The notes under the pieces are model-generated. The model worked only from the letters and a program-made list of their open reading frames with translations, was not told the origin of the DNA and did no database searches. From Mobula hypostoma (Eukaryota): a stretch of DNA of 64,000 bases. A program made the translations under genes and the position numbers. The stretch spans positions 9,240,001 to 9,304,000 of the forward strand of contig NC_086109.1 in NCBI RefSeq assembly GCF_963921235.1. The letters are read 5' to 3'. How positions within the stretch are numbered: position 1 is the first letter of the stretch; each line of letters opens with the position of its first letter. Below, in pieces: positions 1 to 11,540 of this stretch.

Positions 1-836
1 GATAATTCTGCTCACACCATGTGACAAAGTTTCCTACCGTAGCCCTGTACTCAACCTCATCTCCCTTGCTGATGCATCCAACTATGGCAGAGTCATCCGA
101 AAACTTCTGAAGATGACAAGATTCTGTGCAGTAGTTGAAGTCCGAGGTGTAAATGGTGAAGAGAAAGGGAGACAAGAGGCATAGATCGAGAGGACAAGCC
201 GTGACATTCTTCCCCGGATGGAAATAGCAAATAGAAGGCAGCATATGTGGCATATATGGTTATAATTTTAAAGTGATTTGAGGGAAGGGATGTCAGAAGT
301 ACGGTTTTTCTTTCTTCCATACACAGAGTGGTGGGTGCATAGAACGTGCTACCAGGGGTGGAGAGAGGCAGATACATTTGGCAGGGACATTTAGGAGAAT
401 CAAAGATAGGCAAAAGAAAAATGGAGAGCTATGTGGGTGGCAAGGGTTAGATTGACCTTAGAGTAGATTAGAAGGTTGGTACAGCATCGTAGGCCGAGGG
501 TCTGTACTGTGCTGTTATGTTCCACGTTCTGTCTGTCTGGAAACATTGGTGAGCTTTGCCCTGTCTGCGTGATTGCATCGACCAATAACTCAAGAAGTTA
601 GACCACCTTGGACACAGTCCAGAAAAGTCCCAGCTGAGGGGTGGGATTTTATCCCCTCACTCCCACCCAAATATTCTTGTTAAAAGAAACCTGGTTACAA
701 TAACCATGGCAAAGCCCCAATTACCCTCAAATATGACCCTCCCATAGATTGGCCCCAGGTTGGTTCTATTTTGTAAGATCCTAGACAGTTAATCACAGAA
801 TATAACAAATGAGGAATAAAAAAACCATGAACTCAC

Positions 837-860
837 ACCCAATTCAGGCTAAACGAGAGT
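837..860 (-). other. Candidate 24-nt microexon of the minus-strand transcript
   Basis: Minus strand reads: T-rich tract ending attgtAG | ACTCTCGTTTAGCCTGAATTGGGT | GTGAGT, in non-repetitive sequence. Splice signals only; no expression data. Confidence 0.35.
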
Positions 861-1281
861 CTACAATAAAAAAAATAAACCACAGAACCCAAGGCTGGAG
901 AGTAGCTGGGCTGATTAATTGAATCTAAATTAGGTAGAGCTATTTTCAAATGTGGCACTGGAAGAAAATAGAATGTAATTCGTGAATGTTTGCCAGTCCC
1001 CCCCTCCCACTGTTAGAAACCCGAAGCAGTTAAATAGGGTGGGTACCTGGTTATTAACTGGATTTATTCACAGTAAGCAGATGAACAAACTTCACCAAAC
1101 ACATTATATAAGACTGTGATAATAAATGTGATTCATCACCACAGTTTATTGGTCAGCTTTAATTGAATTAGAGAGTCACACAGGATAGAAGCAGGCCCTT
1201 CAGCCCATCTTTTCCATGTTGACCAAGGTGCCGAGCTGAGCTAATCCCATTTGCCCGCACTTGGGCCATTTCCCTCCAAAC

Positions 1282-1344
1282 TAGGGGTTCCAAACTCTTA
1301 CCCATTAACCAAGGGGTCCATTGGCCCCAGGTTGGGAAACCCTG
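1282..1344. mobile_element. Short hAT-like MITE copy (degenerate)
   Basis: Ends taggggttccaaac / gttgggaaaccctg; same family as 12084-12167, 29131-29210, 36644-36725 and 59233-59312. Confidence 0.55.
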
Positions 1345-1974
1345 CTCCAAACCTTTCCTATTCGTGTACCCAACCAAATATAATAAATGTACCTGCAGTG
1401 CCACCTCATCCATATACCCATCACCCCCATGTGAAAAAGATTTCCCTTTTAACATAAAAATCTATCCCCTCTCACCTTAAACCATGACCTCTAGGGTTAA
1501 ACTCCTCAACCCTGGGGAAGAACACTGACCACCCAATCTTCAATCTTTACCAGGATTGGAAGGGTTGAGTGACAAGGAGAGGCTGGATATTCTGCGGCTT
1601 TTTGTCCCGGAGCGCAAGAGGTTACGTCTGCTTTTCTCAATTCTAATCTTCAGGGAATAATTGAGGCCTTAGATTGGCATATCCTAAATTTGTTAACTCT
1701 GTTGCAGTCTCTGAGAAGAACTTCAGTTCCTCAGCAAATTAGTTGTAACGCAGGTGTTCCCATTCCTGGGGTCCGCAGAACCCTGGCTACAGTATTGGTC
1801 CACAGCATAAAAAAAGCTGGGAATCCTTGTTGTAATGGGTGGCTGATAGTCAGCACAGCCCCAATGGGCCGATAGGCCTGTTTCTGTACTGTATCAGAAT
1901 CTGGTTTATTATCACCGACATAGTTTGTGAAATCTGTTGTTTTGCAGTGCGAAACAGTGCAATACATTAAAGAT

Positions 1975-2120
1975 TTTAAAAACACAAACACGAGGAAATC
2001 TGCAGATGCTGGAATTTCAAGCAACACACACAAAAGTTGCTGGTGAACGCAGCAGGCCAGGGAGCATCTCTAGGAAGAGGTACAGTCGACGTTTCGGGCC
2101 GAGACCCTTCGTCAGGACCT
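1975..2120 (-). mobile_element. Short Penelope-derived retroelement with a minimal hammerhead ribozyme motif
   Basis: Minus strand CTGACGA-AGGGTCTCGGCCC-GAAAC-GTC at 2088-2115; 13-bp TSD atacattaaagat (1962-1974 / 2121-2133); matches the 3' part of the Penelope-like element at 36420-36520. Confidence 0.75.
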
Positions 2121-2976
2121 ATACATTAAAGATACTAAGTTGCAATAGAAAAATAACTTTAAAAATAATGAAAAAAGGTGAGCAAAAACTGAGGTGGTGT
2201 TCATGATCTTTTCAGAAAGCTGATGGCAGAGGGAAAGAAGCCATTCCTAAAGTAGTGAATGTGTGGCTTCAGGCTCCCACCGCCTACCTGTTAGTGACAA
2301 CGAGAAGAAGGCATGTCCCGGATGGTGAAGGTCATTAATGATGGGCATGTTGATTTCTCTCTCCAGTTACTCTCAGGTGACAAGATACTTTGCATAAAAA
2401 GAGACAGGATCAGTTTTACTTGTCCCATGTACGTCAAAATGCATCGTTTTGCGTCAACAACCACCACAGTCCGAGGATGGGCCGGGGATAGCCCGCAAGC
2501 ATTGCAATGCTTCCAGCTTCAACATCGCTTGCTCACAATCCATAACCGTTCATCTTTAGAATGTGGGAGGAAACCAGAGCACTCGGAGGAAACCCACTTG
2601 GTCACAGGGAGAACGTACAGGCAGCGACGAAAGTTGAATCCCAAATCAGTACCGCAGGTGCTGTAACACGATTGTGCTGAATAACAGTCAACTTTCTGCT
2701 TGATCACTGATTAACCTGTCCCTGTTCTCTTTGTACATATCTGACCATTGTAGTACCGCAGAGGTCAAAGCACTTGACTGGTAACCTAGACTAGCATCTG
2801 TGGAATGTGAATGCAATTAATATTTAGTCACCAATAAATGATAACCACAGTTGTCAGATTGTTGTCAGAACCAGGCTGGTGGACTAACACTTGTCAGAGG
2901 AGGAAATTTGCCCTCCAGCCCCAGCCTGGTACGTGACTCCAGCAATTGGTTGGCTTATTTCAGAGATAATTAACTA

Positions 2977-3303
2977 ACAGTAAAGGCATCCGTTAGTCTT
3001 GCGAGACCATGGATCTGCGCCTGGAAAGTCTTCACTCTCCAGGGCGCAGGCCTGGGCAAGGTTGTATGGAAGACCAGCAGTTGCCCATGCTGCAAGTCTC
3101 CCCTCTCCACGACACCAATGTTGTCCAAGGGAAGGGCATTAGGACCCATACAGCTTGGCACCAGTGTCGTTGCAGAGCAATGTGTGATTAAGTGCCTTGC
3201 TCAAGGACACAACACACATTGCCTCCGCTGGGGCTCGAACTCACGACCTTCAGGTCGCTAGTCCAATGCCTTAACCACTCGGCCACGTGCCCACACGATT
3301 TGT
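2977..3303 (-). mobile_element. Young tRNA-derived SINE
   Basis: Minus-strand head with A box TGGCCGAGTGG and B box GTTCGAGCC; 12-bp TSD gataattaacta (2965-2976 / 3304-3315); near-identical copies at 13043-13355 and 43127-43439. Confidence 0.85.
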
Positions 3304-3669
3304 GATAATTAACTATGGATAACAAAACCCTGCTCTATCAGTGACATCCAGATACGAAATATCCTCTAGTTTCATAGTCAGAGCACAGAAAGAGTTCCTT
3401 CAGCCCATCTAGTCCACGCTGCCTCATTCCGTAAACCGGCACCTGTCCTCCATAGCCCTCCCATCCAGGCACCGATCCAATTTTCTCTTAAAATGTTGAA
3501 ATCAAACCCACATCCACCACTTCCCTTCGCAGCTTGCTCCACACTCACACCACCCTCCCCTTAAGTATTTACCCTTTCATCTTTAACCCATGACCTCTAG
3601 TTCTAGTCTCACCCAAACTCAGTGGGAAAGAGCCTGCTTGGACTATCTACACCTCTCAAATGTTTTAGA

Positions 3670-4150
3670 AGTTTGCGTAGATTTGCCTTTGCGTAAAACT
3701 TTGACAAACTTCTATAGGTGCACAGTGGAGAGGACCTTAATTGGTTGAATCATGGCCTGGTATAGACACACCCGGTGGCCGGGAATGGAAAAGGCTACAG
3801 ACAATGGTGAATACAGTCCAGCCCATCGCTATCACTACTGGCCTGGAGGTGCAGAAGCCTTAGGTCCCACACCACCAGGTTCAGGAGCAGTTACTACCCT
3901 TCAACCATCAGGCTCCTGAACCAGTGCGGATGACTCTACTCACCTCAACTCGGAGCAGCTTCTGCGACCTACAATCACTTCCACGGAATCTTTGTAATTC
4001 ATGTTCTTGGTATTATTTGTTGTTACTTTGCAATGTTTGTTTTCTTATGCACATTGGGTGTTTGTCAGTCTTTGTCTATGTACAGTTTTTCATAAACACT
4101 TTTTTCCATACAAGTGCTTGCAAGAAAATCAATCTTAAGATAGTAACTGG
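3670..4150 (+). mobile_element. Degenerate Rex1/Babar-type LINE 3' fragment
   Basis: Recurrent motif caccaccaggttcaggagcagttactacccttcaaccatcaggctcctgaac, shared with many copies in the window, followed by an AT-rich 3' UTR. Confidence 0.6.
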
Positions 4151-4159
4151 TATTATTAT

Positions 4160-4685
4160 ATGGATTGGGGTATATGGAATGTCCAGGGAGAGTTAGCTCC
4201 TCTGGTGAAGGGGTTTGTCATGTCCATTCCTGGGGCAGTTTGCCCACCTTTGGTCCCCACGGGATGTTCAGCTCTCACCTGCAGTCTCAAGTGGCTGTTT
4301 GCATGCGACAGCGGCCACACCCCAGGGCACCGCTTCGCCAAGTGGGCCAAACCATGAGGGGACAGCGGCGGCCTCGTGCCCCGGAGATAGGGACATGCCC
4401 ATCCCAGCATGTGAAGTCAGCTCGGGTAGACTGGATGGATGAGATCTACAGTGAGATCCAACGGCCAGCAAGGTGGTACTGCAACACTCTGGACAGTGAA
4501 GGGCATGACAAAGCACAGAAGACGTCATGGTCATCCACTGCAACCAAGGAAGGTCCCAGTTTGTGATGCTTGTTCATACCCCTGGACCCAAACTGCTGAG
4601 GTTAAGAGAGTGGAACTGCCCCAGTTTAATGCTTTTCCACTTTAAAAACTCTCCCACACAGGTTTCCCGTCACCGTCAGACAACC
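4160..4685. repeat. Unclassified non-autonomous interspersed repeat
   Basis: A similar copy lies at ~47530-47910 plus 48495-48600 (split by a CR1 insertion). Confidence 0.6.
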
Positions 4686-4722
4686 ACCAAAGGGATTACG
4701 CTGGGGTTTTTGATCATGCTAA

Positions 4723-4916
4723 GCCAGCCAGTGGCGTACTGGCATCTGCACCAGACCTCAAAGCGAGTCGTCCTGGGTTTGAATCCGGCTCCTTGCATGC
4801 TCTTGTGCTGGGACGAGCACTGAGCGAGCAACTCGGCCTTGTGAAAAGGAAACAGACAAATGCTAAAGAAAACAGCAAGGTTGTCACCCGAGGTGCCAGA
4901 AGGCGCGGAAAGGAAC
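4723..4916 (+). mobile_element. tRNA-derived SINE, second family, abutting the outer end of the inverted repeat
   Basis: A-box-like gtggcgtactgg and B-box-like gtttgaatcc; better-preserved copy at 17530-17681 (minus). Confidence 0.65.
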
Positions 4917-5494
4917 TTGGATTATGTTGTCCGTTTTACCTAGGTATCAAGAAAGCACTAATTTTGCACCAATGTCTCATTTTGCAGGCTTTTCTCCCCC
5001 TTCACCGTCTTGCATAATTTATTTATAATTTACGTTGTGCGTTACATGAATCGTCGCACCCGCGATGCTGCTGCAGGCAACTTTTCCGTTGTACCTCTAC
5101 CTCAGCGTACCTGTGCACACGACAACAAATCCGATAGTTAGTCGGGACGCCACGGTGTCGAAGTGATTGACGTGGCGCTATCACGGCGCCAGTGACCTGC
5201 TGCCGTCCGCGAGGAGTTTGTACGCACTCCCCGTGGGGTTTCCACCGGGTACTCCGGTTGCCTCCCCCATTCCAAAGACGTATGGGTTAATCGGTCAGGT
5301 GGGTGTAACCGGGCAGCTCGGGCCCGTTGAACCGGAGAGGCCCGTTACCGTGCTCTATCTCCAGATAAGTAATTTGCAGGTTTAACAGCGGGAATAGTTC
5401 CACTCAAATGAACGCTGCTTGCCGCATCTAATCAGCGCCGTTCAACCTCCCACAGGCCCCGGCACTCCACGCTCCAGTGGTGGCAACTCACTTG
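4915..5494 (+). repeat. Left arm of a 580-bp near-perfect inverted repeat
   Basis: Reverse complement of 7722-8301. Paired coordinates always sum to 13216 (no indels). By eye, 5 mismatches (4919, 4942, 5292, 5298, 5343). Confidence 0.97.
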
Positions 5495-5692
5495 TCAAGG
5501 GCCAGTGGCTTTGGGACCTCTGACTGACAAAATGTACTGAGCCAGTTCACTGTGGCAGAGAGCTGCCTTTGTAGTGTACGGTAACGCAGGAGAGGAACGC
5601 ACTGGTGAGTGGGCCCTCCCAATGTCAATTTCCCAGCTCACTGCATCTATCACTCCCTCCCTCCCCTCGAGGTTAAATCCCACGATCAGTTC
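5492..5692 (-). other. Candidate 201-nt internal exon (probably 5' UTR or non-coding)
   Basis: Acceptor: long poly-T run then ccctccctctcctccccgttccAG|GAACTG. Donor: GACAA|GTGAGT (5491-5486). All three frames contain a stop; the phase-0 frame is open for 65 codons. Confidence 0.6.
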
Positions 5693-5924
5693 CTGGAACG
5701 GGGAGGAGAGGGAGGGAAAAAAAAAAAACAGTCTTTAGTCTTCCTGCATCTGTAGCCTTGAAGTGCTCAGTGGCGGGAAGAAATACGGACAACACCTTCC
5801 CTGCTACAAAGCAAAGCAACGCCAGCTGGGACAAAAACCTTCCAGCTGCAGTCTAGCCCCACTCTCCTCATCTTTGGTCATCCAGTACAGATCCTTGTTA
5901 ACCTGCTCTTGGGATTGACAAAAG

Positions 5925-6465
5925 CAGACATCCCACCTCTCCCGGAACTTCCGGGAGTCTCCCGCATATTAATAGTGGCTCCTTGATGCCCGCAAATTAT
6001 ATACAATATCACAGAAATCAATTTTTTTTGAGAGCGAGTGAGAGAAAGCAAGAGAGAGCGCGAGAGCGACCACGAGAGAGAGCATGTGCGCGAGAGAGAG
6101 AGCGCAAGCGAGAGCGCGCCGTTGCAGAGTGTTCCAAAAAAATAAAATGTACGTCACCCCAGACTACACTAAAGTGTACCCCTGCCTAATAGGGGTCAAA
6201 ATAATGACAGTGTTGCTCGCTGCACTGTTTGCAACAGTGACTTTTCTATTGCCCGTGGTGGGTTAAGACTGTAAAAGACATGTTGAGGTGAGTTTAACAG
6301 GTGTCATTCGTTCATTAGCATAGCTAACGTTATTTAAACTAGCTGGCTAGCTGCTAAGGAGCTACCCTATTGCAGACATCCCACCTCTCCTGGGAGTTCC
6401 GGGAGTCTCCCGCAAATTGATGGTGCTACCTCCCTGAAATGAGTTTTTGCAGGGTGAGATGTCTG
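5925..6465. mobile_element. Non-autonomous DNA transposon (MITE) with CAGACATCCCACC TIRs
   Basis: Ends cagacatcccacc / ggtgagatgtctg; flanks caaaag / caaagg; terminal motif duplicated internally at 6373; inverted second copy at 10731-11204. Confidence 0.85.
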
Positions 6466-6634
6466 CAAAGGTAGTTACCTTTGGGCCTGGAGATGGGCAG
6501 CTAGGCTGACTTTCCAGGGGGGTGGAGGGGGCATGACCGTGCCCGGGTAGCTATAGAAAAGGAACACATGGCATCCCCCGGTGCCAGAGGTGTTTTAAAA
6601 CTGCTGGGTACCATGGGGATAAATGCCATCCTCG

Positions 6635-7290
6635 ATGAGAATCAAGATCAGCTTTAATATCACTGGCATATGTCGTGAAATTTGTTATACGGCAGCAGTA
6701 TATTTCAATACATAATTAAAACCAAATTACAGCAAGAATATATATTAAATAGTTAAATTAAATAAGCAGTGCAAAAAAAAAATGTAGTGAGGTCGTGTTC
6801 CGTGAATTCAATGCCCATTCAGAGATCGGATGGCAGAGGGGAAGAAGCTGTTCCTGAATTGCTGAGCTTGTGCCTTCAGGCTCCTGTACTTCCTTCCTGA
6901 TGGTAGCAATGAGAACAGGGCATGCCCAGGGTGGTGGGGGTCCTTAATGACGGACACCGTCTTTTTGGAGGATGTCCTGGATACTACGGAGGCTAGTGCC
7001 CGTGATGGAGCCGAGTTCACAATTTTCTACAGCTTATTTTGATCCACCCAGACCAGATGGTGGTGCAGCCAGTGAGAATGCTCTCCCTGGTACATCCGTA
7101 GAAATTTGCCAGCGTCTTTGGTGACATACTAAATCTCGTCAAACTCGTAAAGAAATATAGCCGCTGTCGTGCCTGCTTTGTAACTGCATCGATATATTGG
7201 GCCCAGGTTAGATCCTCAGAGATGCTGAAACCTAGGAACTTGAAATTGCTCACCCTTTCCTCTTCTGATCTCTCAATGAGGACTGGTAGT
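6635..7290 (-). mobile_element. Rex1/Babar-type LINE 3' fragment
   Basis: Minus-strand translations FKFLGFSISEDLTW...QRLYF...ESILTGC and KDPHHPGHALFSLLPSGRKYRSL...FRNSFFPSAIR are typical RT C-terminal motifs of this clade. Confidence 0.8.
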
Positions 7291-7721
7291 GAGGATGGAA
7301 GTATTTTAGTTTAGTCTGTGTTACTCGTGACTTTAGTTTTTGTTTAATGGGATTGTATAATAGTGGAGTGGTTTGAATTTAGATTAATGTAATTTTGTTT
7401 AAAAACGGCCACTTCACAGTCTCCATCTCCCCCAATGCCTCCTTCGTATCATTATGGTATTGAACATGCGATGACAACACACACGTGTTACACGTCGCAC
7501 CATTGAGCATTGGAAACTATCACAAAGAGCTTCGCAGATAAAATTTAGCCCCGCATCACTTGTTAGGCCCATATGACCAACAGCCTGATTGAACAAGGCA
7601 GTGAGGGCAAGAAGGATTGCAGAGGCTAGGAATCCAGAGCGCCAGGCAGCATCCATGCAGGGAGACACGACGGTACAGGAACTCCACGGACACAATGATG
7701 TGTCAACCTTTTCACCGGCTC

Positions 7722-8301
7722 CAAGTGAGTTGCCACCACTGGAGCGTGGAGTGCCGGGGCCTGTGGGAGGTTGAACGGCGCTGATTAGATGCGGCAAGCA
7801 GCGTTCATTTGAGTGGAACTATTCCCGCTGTTAAACCTGCAAATTACTTATCTGGAGATAGAGCACGGTAACAGGCCTCTCCGGTTCAACGGGCCCGAGC
7901 TGCCCGGTTACACCCACGTGACCAATTAACCCATACGTCTTTGGAATGGGGGAGGCAACCGGAGTACCCGGTGGAAACCCCACGGGGAGTGCGTACAAAC
8001 TCCTCGCGGACGGCAGCAGGTCACTGGCGCCGTGATAGCGCCACGTCAATCACTTCGACACCGTGGCGTCCCGACTAACTATCGGATTTGTTGTCGTGTG
8101 CACAGGTACGCTGAGGTAGAGGTACAACGGAAAAGTTGCCTGCAGCAGCATCGCGGGTGCGACGATTCATGTAACGCACAACGTAAATTATAAATAAATT
8201 ATGCAAGACGGTGAAGGGGGAGAAAAGCCTGCAAAATGAGACATTGGTGCAAAATTAGTGCTTTCTTGATACCAAGGTAAAACGGACAACATAATCAAAG
8301 T
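7722..8301 (-). repeat. Right arm of the 580-bp inverted repeat
   Basis: Reverse complement of 4915-5494. The mirrored 72-aa ORFs 5167-5385(+) and 7831-8049(-) differ at one residue. Confidence 0.97.
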
Positions 8302-8379
8302 AGCCCTCTATTTTTATGGTCCAATTCTGGTCCTATCCCCTTATTTTTCGATCACACAGATGACTATTCAAAAGTTTAT

Positions 8380-8905
8380 TAAATGTCACTTTAGTATCTG
8401 CCTCTCCCACCACCCCAGCTGTGTGTTTTGTGCCCTTCCAATTGTGTAAGACCTATCTCTGATATTCCCTTATATTTTCCTCCAATCACCATAGAACTAT
8501 GCCCCCTTGTATTAGCTATTTCTGCCCTGGGAAAAAGGCACTAGCTATCTATGTCTCTTGAAAACCTCGATCAATTCACCTCTCATCCTCTTTCACTCCA
8601 AAGAGGAAAGTCCCACAGCTCAATCCACCTATCCTCATAATACATGCTCTCTAATCTGGACAGCATCCTGGTAAATCTCCTCTGCACGCTTTCTAAAATT
8701 TCCACATCCTTGATATAACAAGGCGACCAGAACTGAACACAATACTCCAAGTGTGGTCTAACCAGAGCTATATAGAGCTTCTACATTATCGCATGACATT
8801 TTAACTCATTTCACCAACTAATGAAGGCTAGCACACCAAACTCCTTTCTAACTACCCCATCAACTTGTGCAGCAACTTTGATGGATCGATTGGCACGGAC
8901 CCCCA
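8380..8905 (-). mobile_element. Degenerate CR1 LINE fragment
   Basis: Reverse complement of the CR1 ORF2 C-terminal region (LVRPHLEYCVQFWSP-like motif). Confidence 0.7.
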
Positions 8906-10730
8906 ATATTCCTCTCTTCCTGCTGGGCGGATTCCTGAGCAAATGGTCCAAAACATCTGGTAGAACGCCCCTTTGTCAGAAACCTTGCTTGGCTGGTGGA
9001 GAGAGTGGGCCTTCCTAGTCAGAGCCTTCCTGCATGGACAAAATATCATCCCCAGTGCACACTGCCCTCAGGGTGGGGAAAAGAAAGCCAATTTCTGCCC
9101 CCATCCCAATGCCACAGACACTACTCAACCCACTAGGTTCTTCCAGCAGATCATTTATTGCTTTAGATACCAGAATCAGTTTCGTATCTCCAAACATCTT
9201 TCAGTTGTTACAACACAGGAGGTGGCCATTCTACCCATTAGGCGCACAACAGCTCTCAGCAGATCAATCCCATCATTCTCAATGCCCCCTTCCCTGCAAC
9301 CCTGCGTGCCATCCATCCTCAAACATGCTCCTCTACACCCCTTGATTACTTGTCATTTGCCTAAAGAGGGGCAACTACCAGCACGTCTTGGGAATTTGGG
9401 AGGAAACCAGATCACTCAGGAAATGCACGTGGTCACAGGGAAAAAAAAACCCTGCAAACTCCACACAGACAGCACTGAAAGCTCAGTGTCGCTGGAGCAG
9501 CTCGGCAGCAGAGCCAACTGCTGCACCACCTCCCTACCGAGGTACTAAAGGTGTTACAGATTGAACAATCGGCAGGGCGATCGATTCTGGTGCACTGAAG
9601 GGGAACTGAGATACAGAATGACAGAGCAACAGAACAAGGAATGTGAAAGGATCGGTATTCCAACAAGAGGTCTACTTTAAGGCGGCAACATCGGTACCAG
9701 AGATTCCCCACTGTGCCATCTTCTAGATCTCCAACCCATTACAGGCCACTTCCTGGCCTCCAGGGCTAGATCCTGGACTCTCAGGCAAGAGGAACTATAG
9801 ATACTTACTGAGGTGCTTCTAAGAGGCAGCATCCGAAGAGTCCCATCTTCCGGACCATGCCATCTTCTCATAGTGGGCAGACGGTATGCCTGAAGTCCCA
9901 CACCACCAGGTTCAAGAACAGTTTCAACCATTTGGTTCTTGGACCAACCAATACAACCCTCATCACTACCTCAGTATGGCAACACTGACCATTTTGAACT
10001 ACAATGGACTTTCGCGGAGTTTCCTTCGGAATGGGATATTAACCTCTGCATTTTGTATATAAATATTAGTTACCTCCAACCATTTGCCTCTTGAACCAAC
10101 TGGCAAAACCCTTCATCACTACAGTTTAACAATACTGTGACCACTTTAAGCACTCTGCATTACAACAGGCTTTTTTGTTCTAATTCAGTCCTTTCTTGTA
10201 AAAAAAAATTGGGTGTAATTTGTTGTAATTTATCTTTTTCCTGGGAATGTTGAGCATCTGACGCGCTGTGCCTCTGATACTGCTGCAAGTTTTTCATCGT
10301 GTCTGTACACTCAGGGACTTGAGCAGATGACAACAATCTTGACCCTAGCTTGATTCCTGTCCCAGCTGACAGGTGGATGAGAATTCCCTGGATGTTTACA
10401 TTTCAGAGCAGGGAACGGCACTGAATGAAGGCGTTAATAGTCAGAGCAGCAACAGCACCGTTTCAGCTTGTGTGCCTCACCGATGTCGACAAACCAGAGC
10501 TGGCATTCAGACGGGCTTTGCTTACCCAGACCAGTGTTTTAAGATGACCCTCAGCAGGTCTGGGCTCCATAGGGCACAGTGGAGGTGGTACTGTACTCGC
10601 TTCAGTATCTTGAGGCCTGTTCAAGCCCCACCATGGCAGTTAGGGAATTCAAGTTCCAAATTATTGACATTTTGGAAACCCTGAGCAACACATGTAAAAT
10701 GCTGCAGGGACTCAGCAGGGGTCCTGATCA

Positions 10731-11204
10731 CAGACATCCCACCCTGCAAAAACTGATTTCAGGGAGGTAGCACCATCAATTTGCGGGAGACTCCCGGAAC
10801 TTCCGGGAGAGGTGGGATACTGCAATAGAGTAGCTCCTGAGCAGCCAGCCAGCTAGTTTAAATAACGTTAGCTATGCTAATGAACGAATGACACCTGTTA
10901 AACTCCCCTCAACATATCTTTTGCAGTCTTAACCCACCATGGGCAATAGAAAAGTCACTGTTGCAAACAGTGCAGCGAGCAACACTGTCATTATTTTGAC
11001 CCCTATTAGGCAGAGGTACACTTTAGGGTAGTCTGGGGTGAGGTACGTTACATATTTTCGAGTTTTGGGAATATATATATATCCCTCTCCCTCTCTCTCA
11101 AAAAAATTGATTCCCAGGATATTGTATTTAATTTGTGGGGCATCAGGGAACCACTATTAATATGTGGGAGACTGCCGGAACTTCCAGGAGAGGTGGGATG
11201 TCTG
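10731..11204. mobile_element. MITE with CAGACATCCCACC TIRs, second copy in opposite orientation
   Basis: Perfect 13-bp TIR cagacatcccacc / ggtgggatgtctg; 6-bp duplication tgatca (10725-10730 / 11205-11210). Confidence 0.88.
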
Positions 11205-11540
11205 TGATCAAGATCTGAAGAGCAGTCTCGGCCAGAAAAATCAACAGCTTATTCCCTTCCATAGATGCTGCCTGACTTGCTGAAATCCTCCAGAATTCTG
11301 TGCATGCGTGCTTGCTTGCTTTAAACGCCAAATGTTCATAGTTACAGGCTGACCCTGGCTTGACAAAACCCTGCTTATGGAGGTGTTAAATACCTTCTGA
11401 AATAGTCTAACATGCCATTCAGTTCGAGGTCAAGAAACCAACCAGCAAGTTTGCACAAACAAGTTCTTAAAAAAAAATACAGTGATAATGGTTTAAGGCA
11501 GCCAGTGGCTTTGGATGGTGGTGAATATTGGCAGTTCGGG

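Noticed and set aside
5167..5385. Duplicated 72-aa ORF (also 7831-8049) as a gene pair
   Set aside because: Non-ATG start, overlaps a SINE, and the duplication is explained by the inverted repeat.
5536..5554. Minus-strand matches to the 5' ends of miR-128 (cacagtgaac) and miR-24 (tggctcagt)
   Set aside because: Only 9-10 nt match and I see no precursor hairpin; consistent with chance.
5605..5610. Plus-strand donor CTG|GTGAGT as a first exon driven by the left arm
   Set aside because: An isolated motif; the minus-strand exon over the same DNA has both a strong acceptor and a donor and matches the orientation of the other candidate exons.
8973..9548. 191-aa ORF as a host gene
   Set aside because: Non-ATG start, runs through LINE/SINE debris, no recognisable domain.
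9803..9808. Minus-strand donor GTAAGT
   Set aside because: The would-be exon lies in a LINE fragment and has no convincing acceptor.
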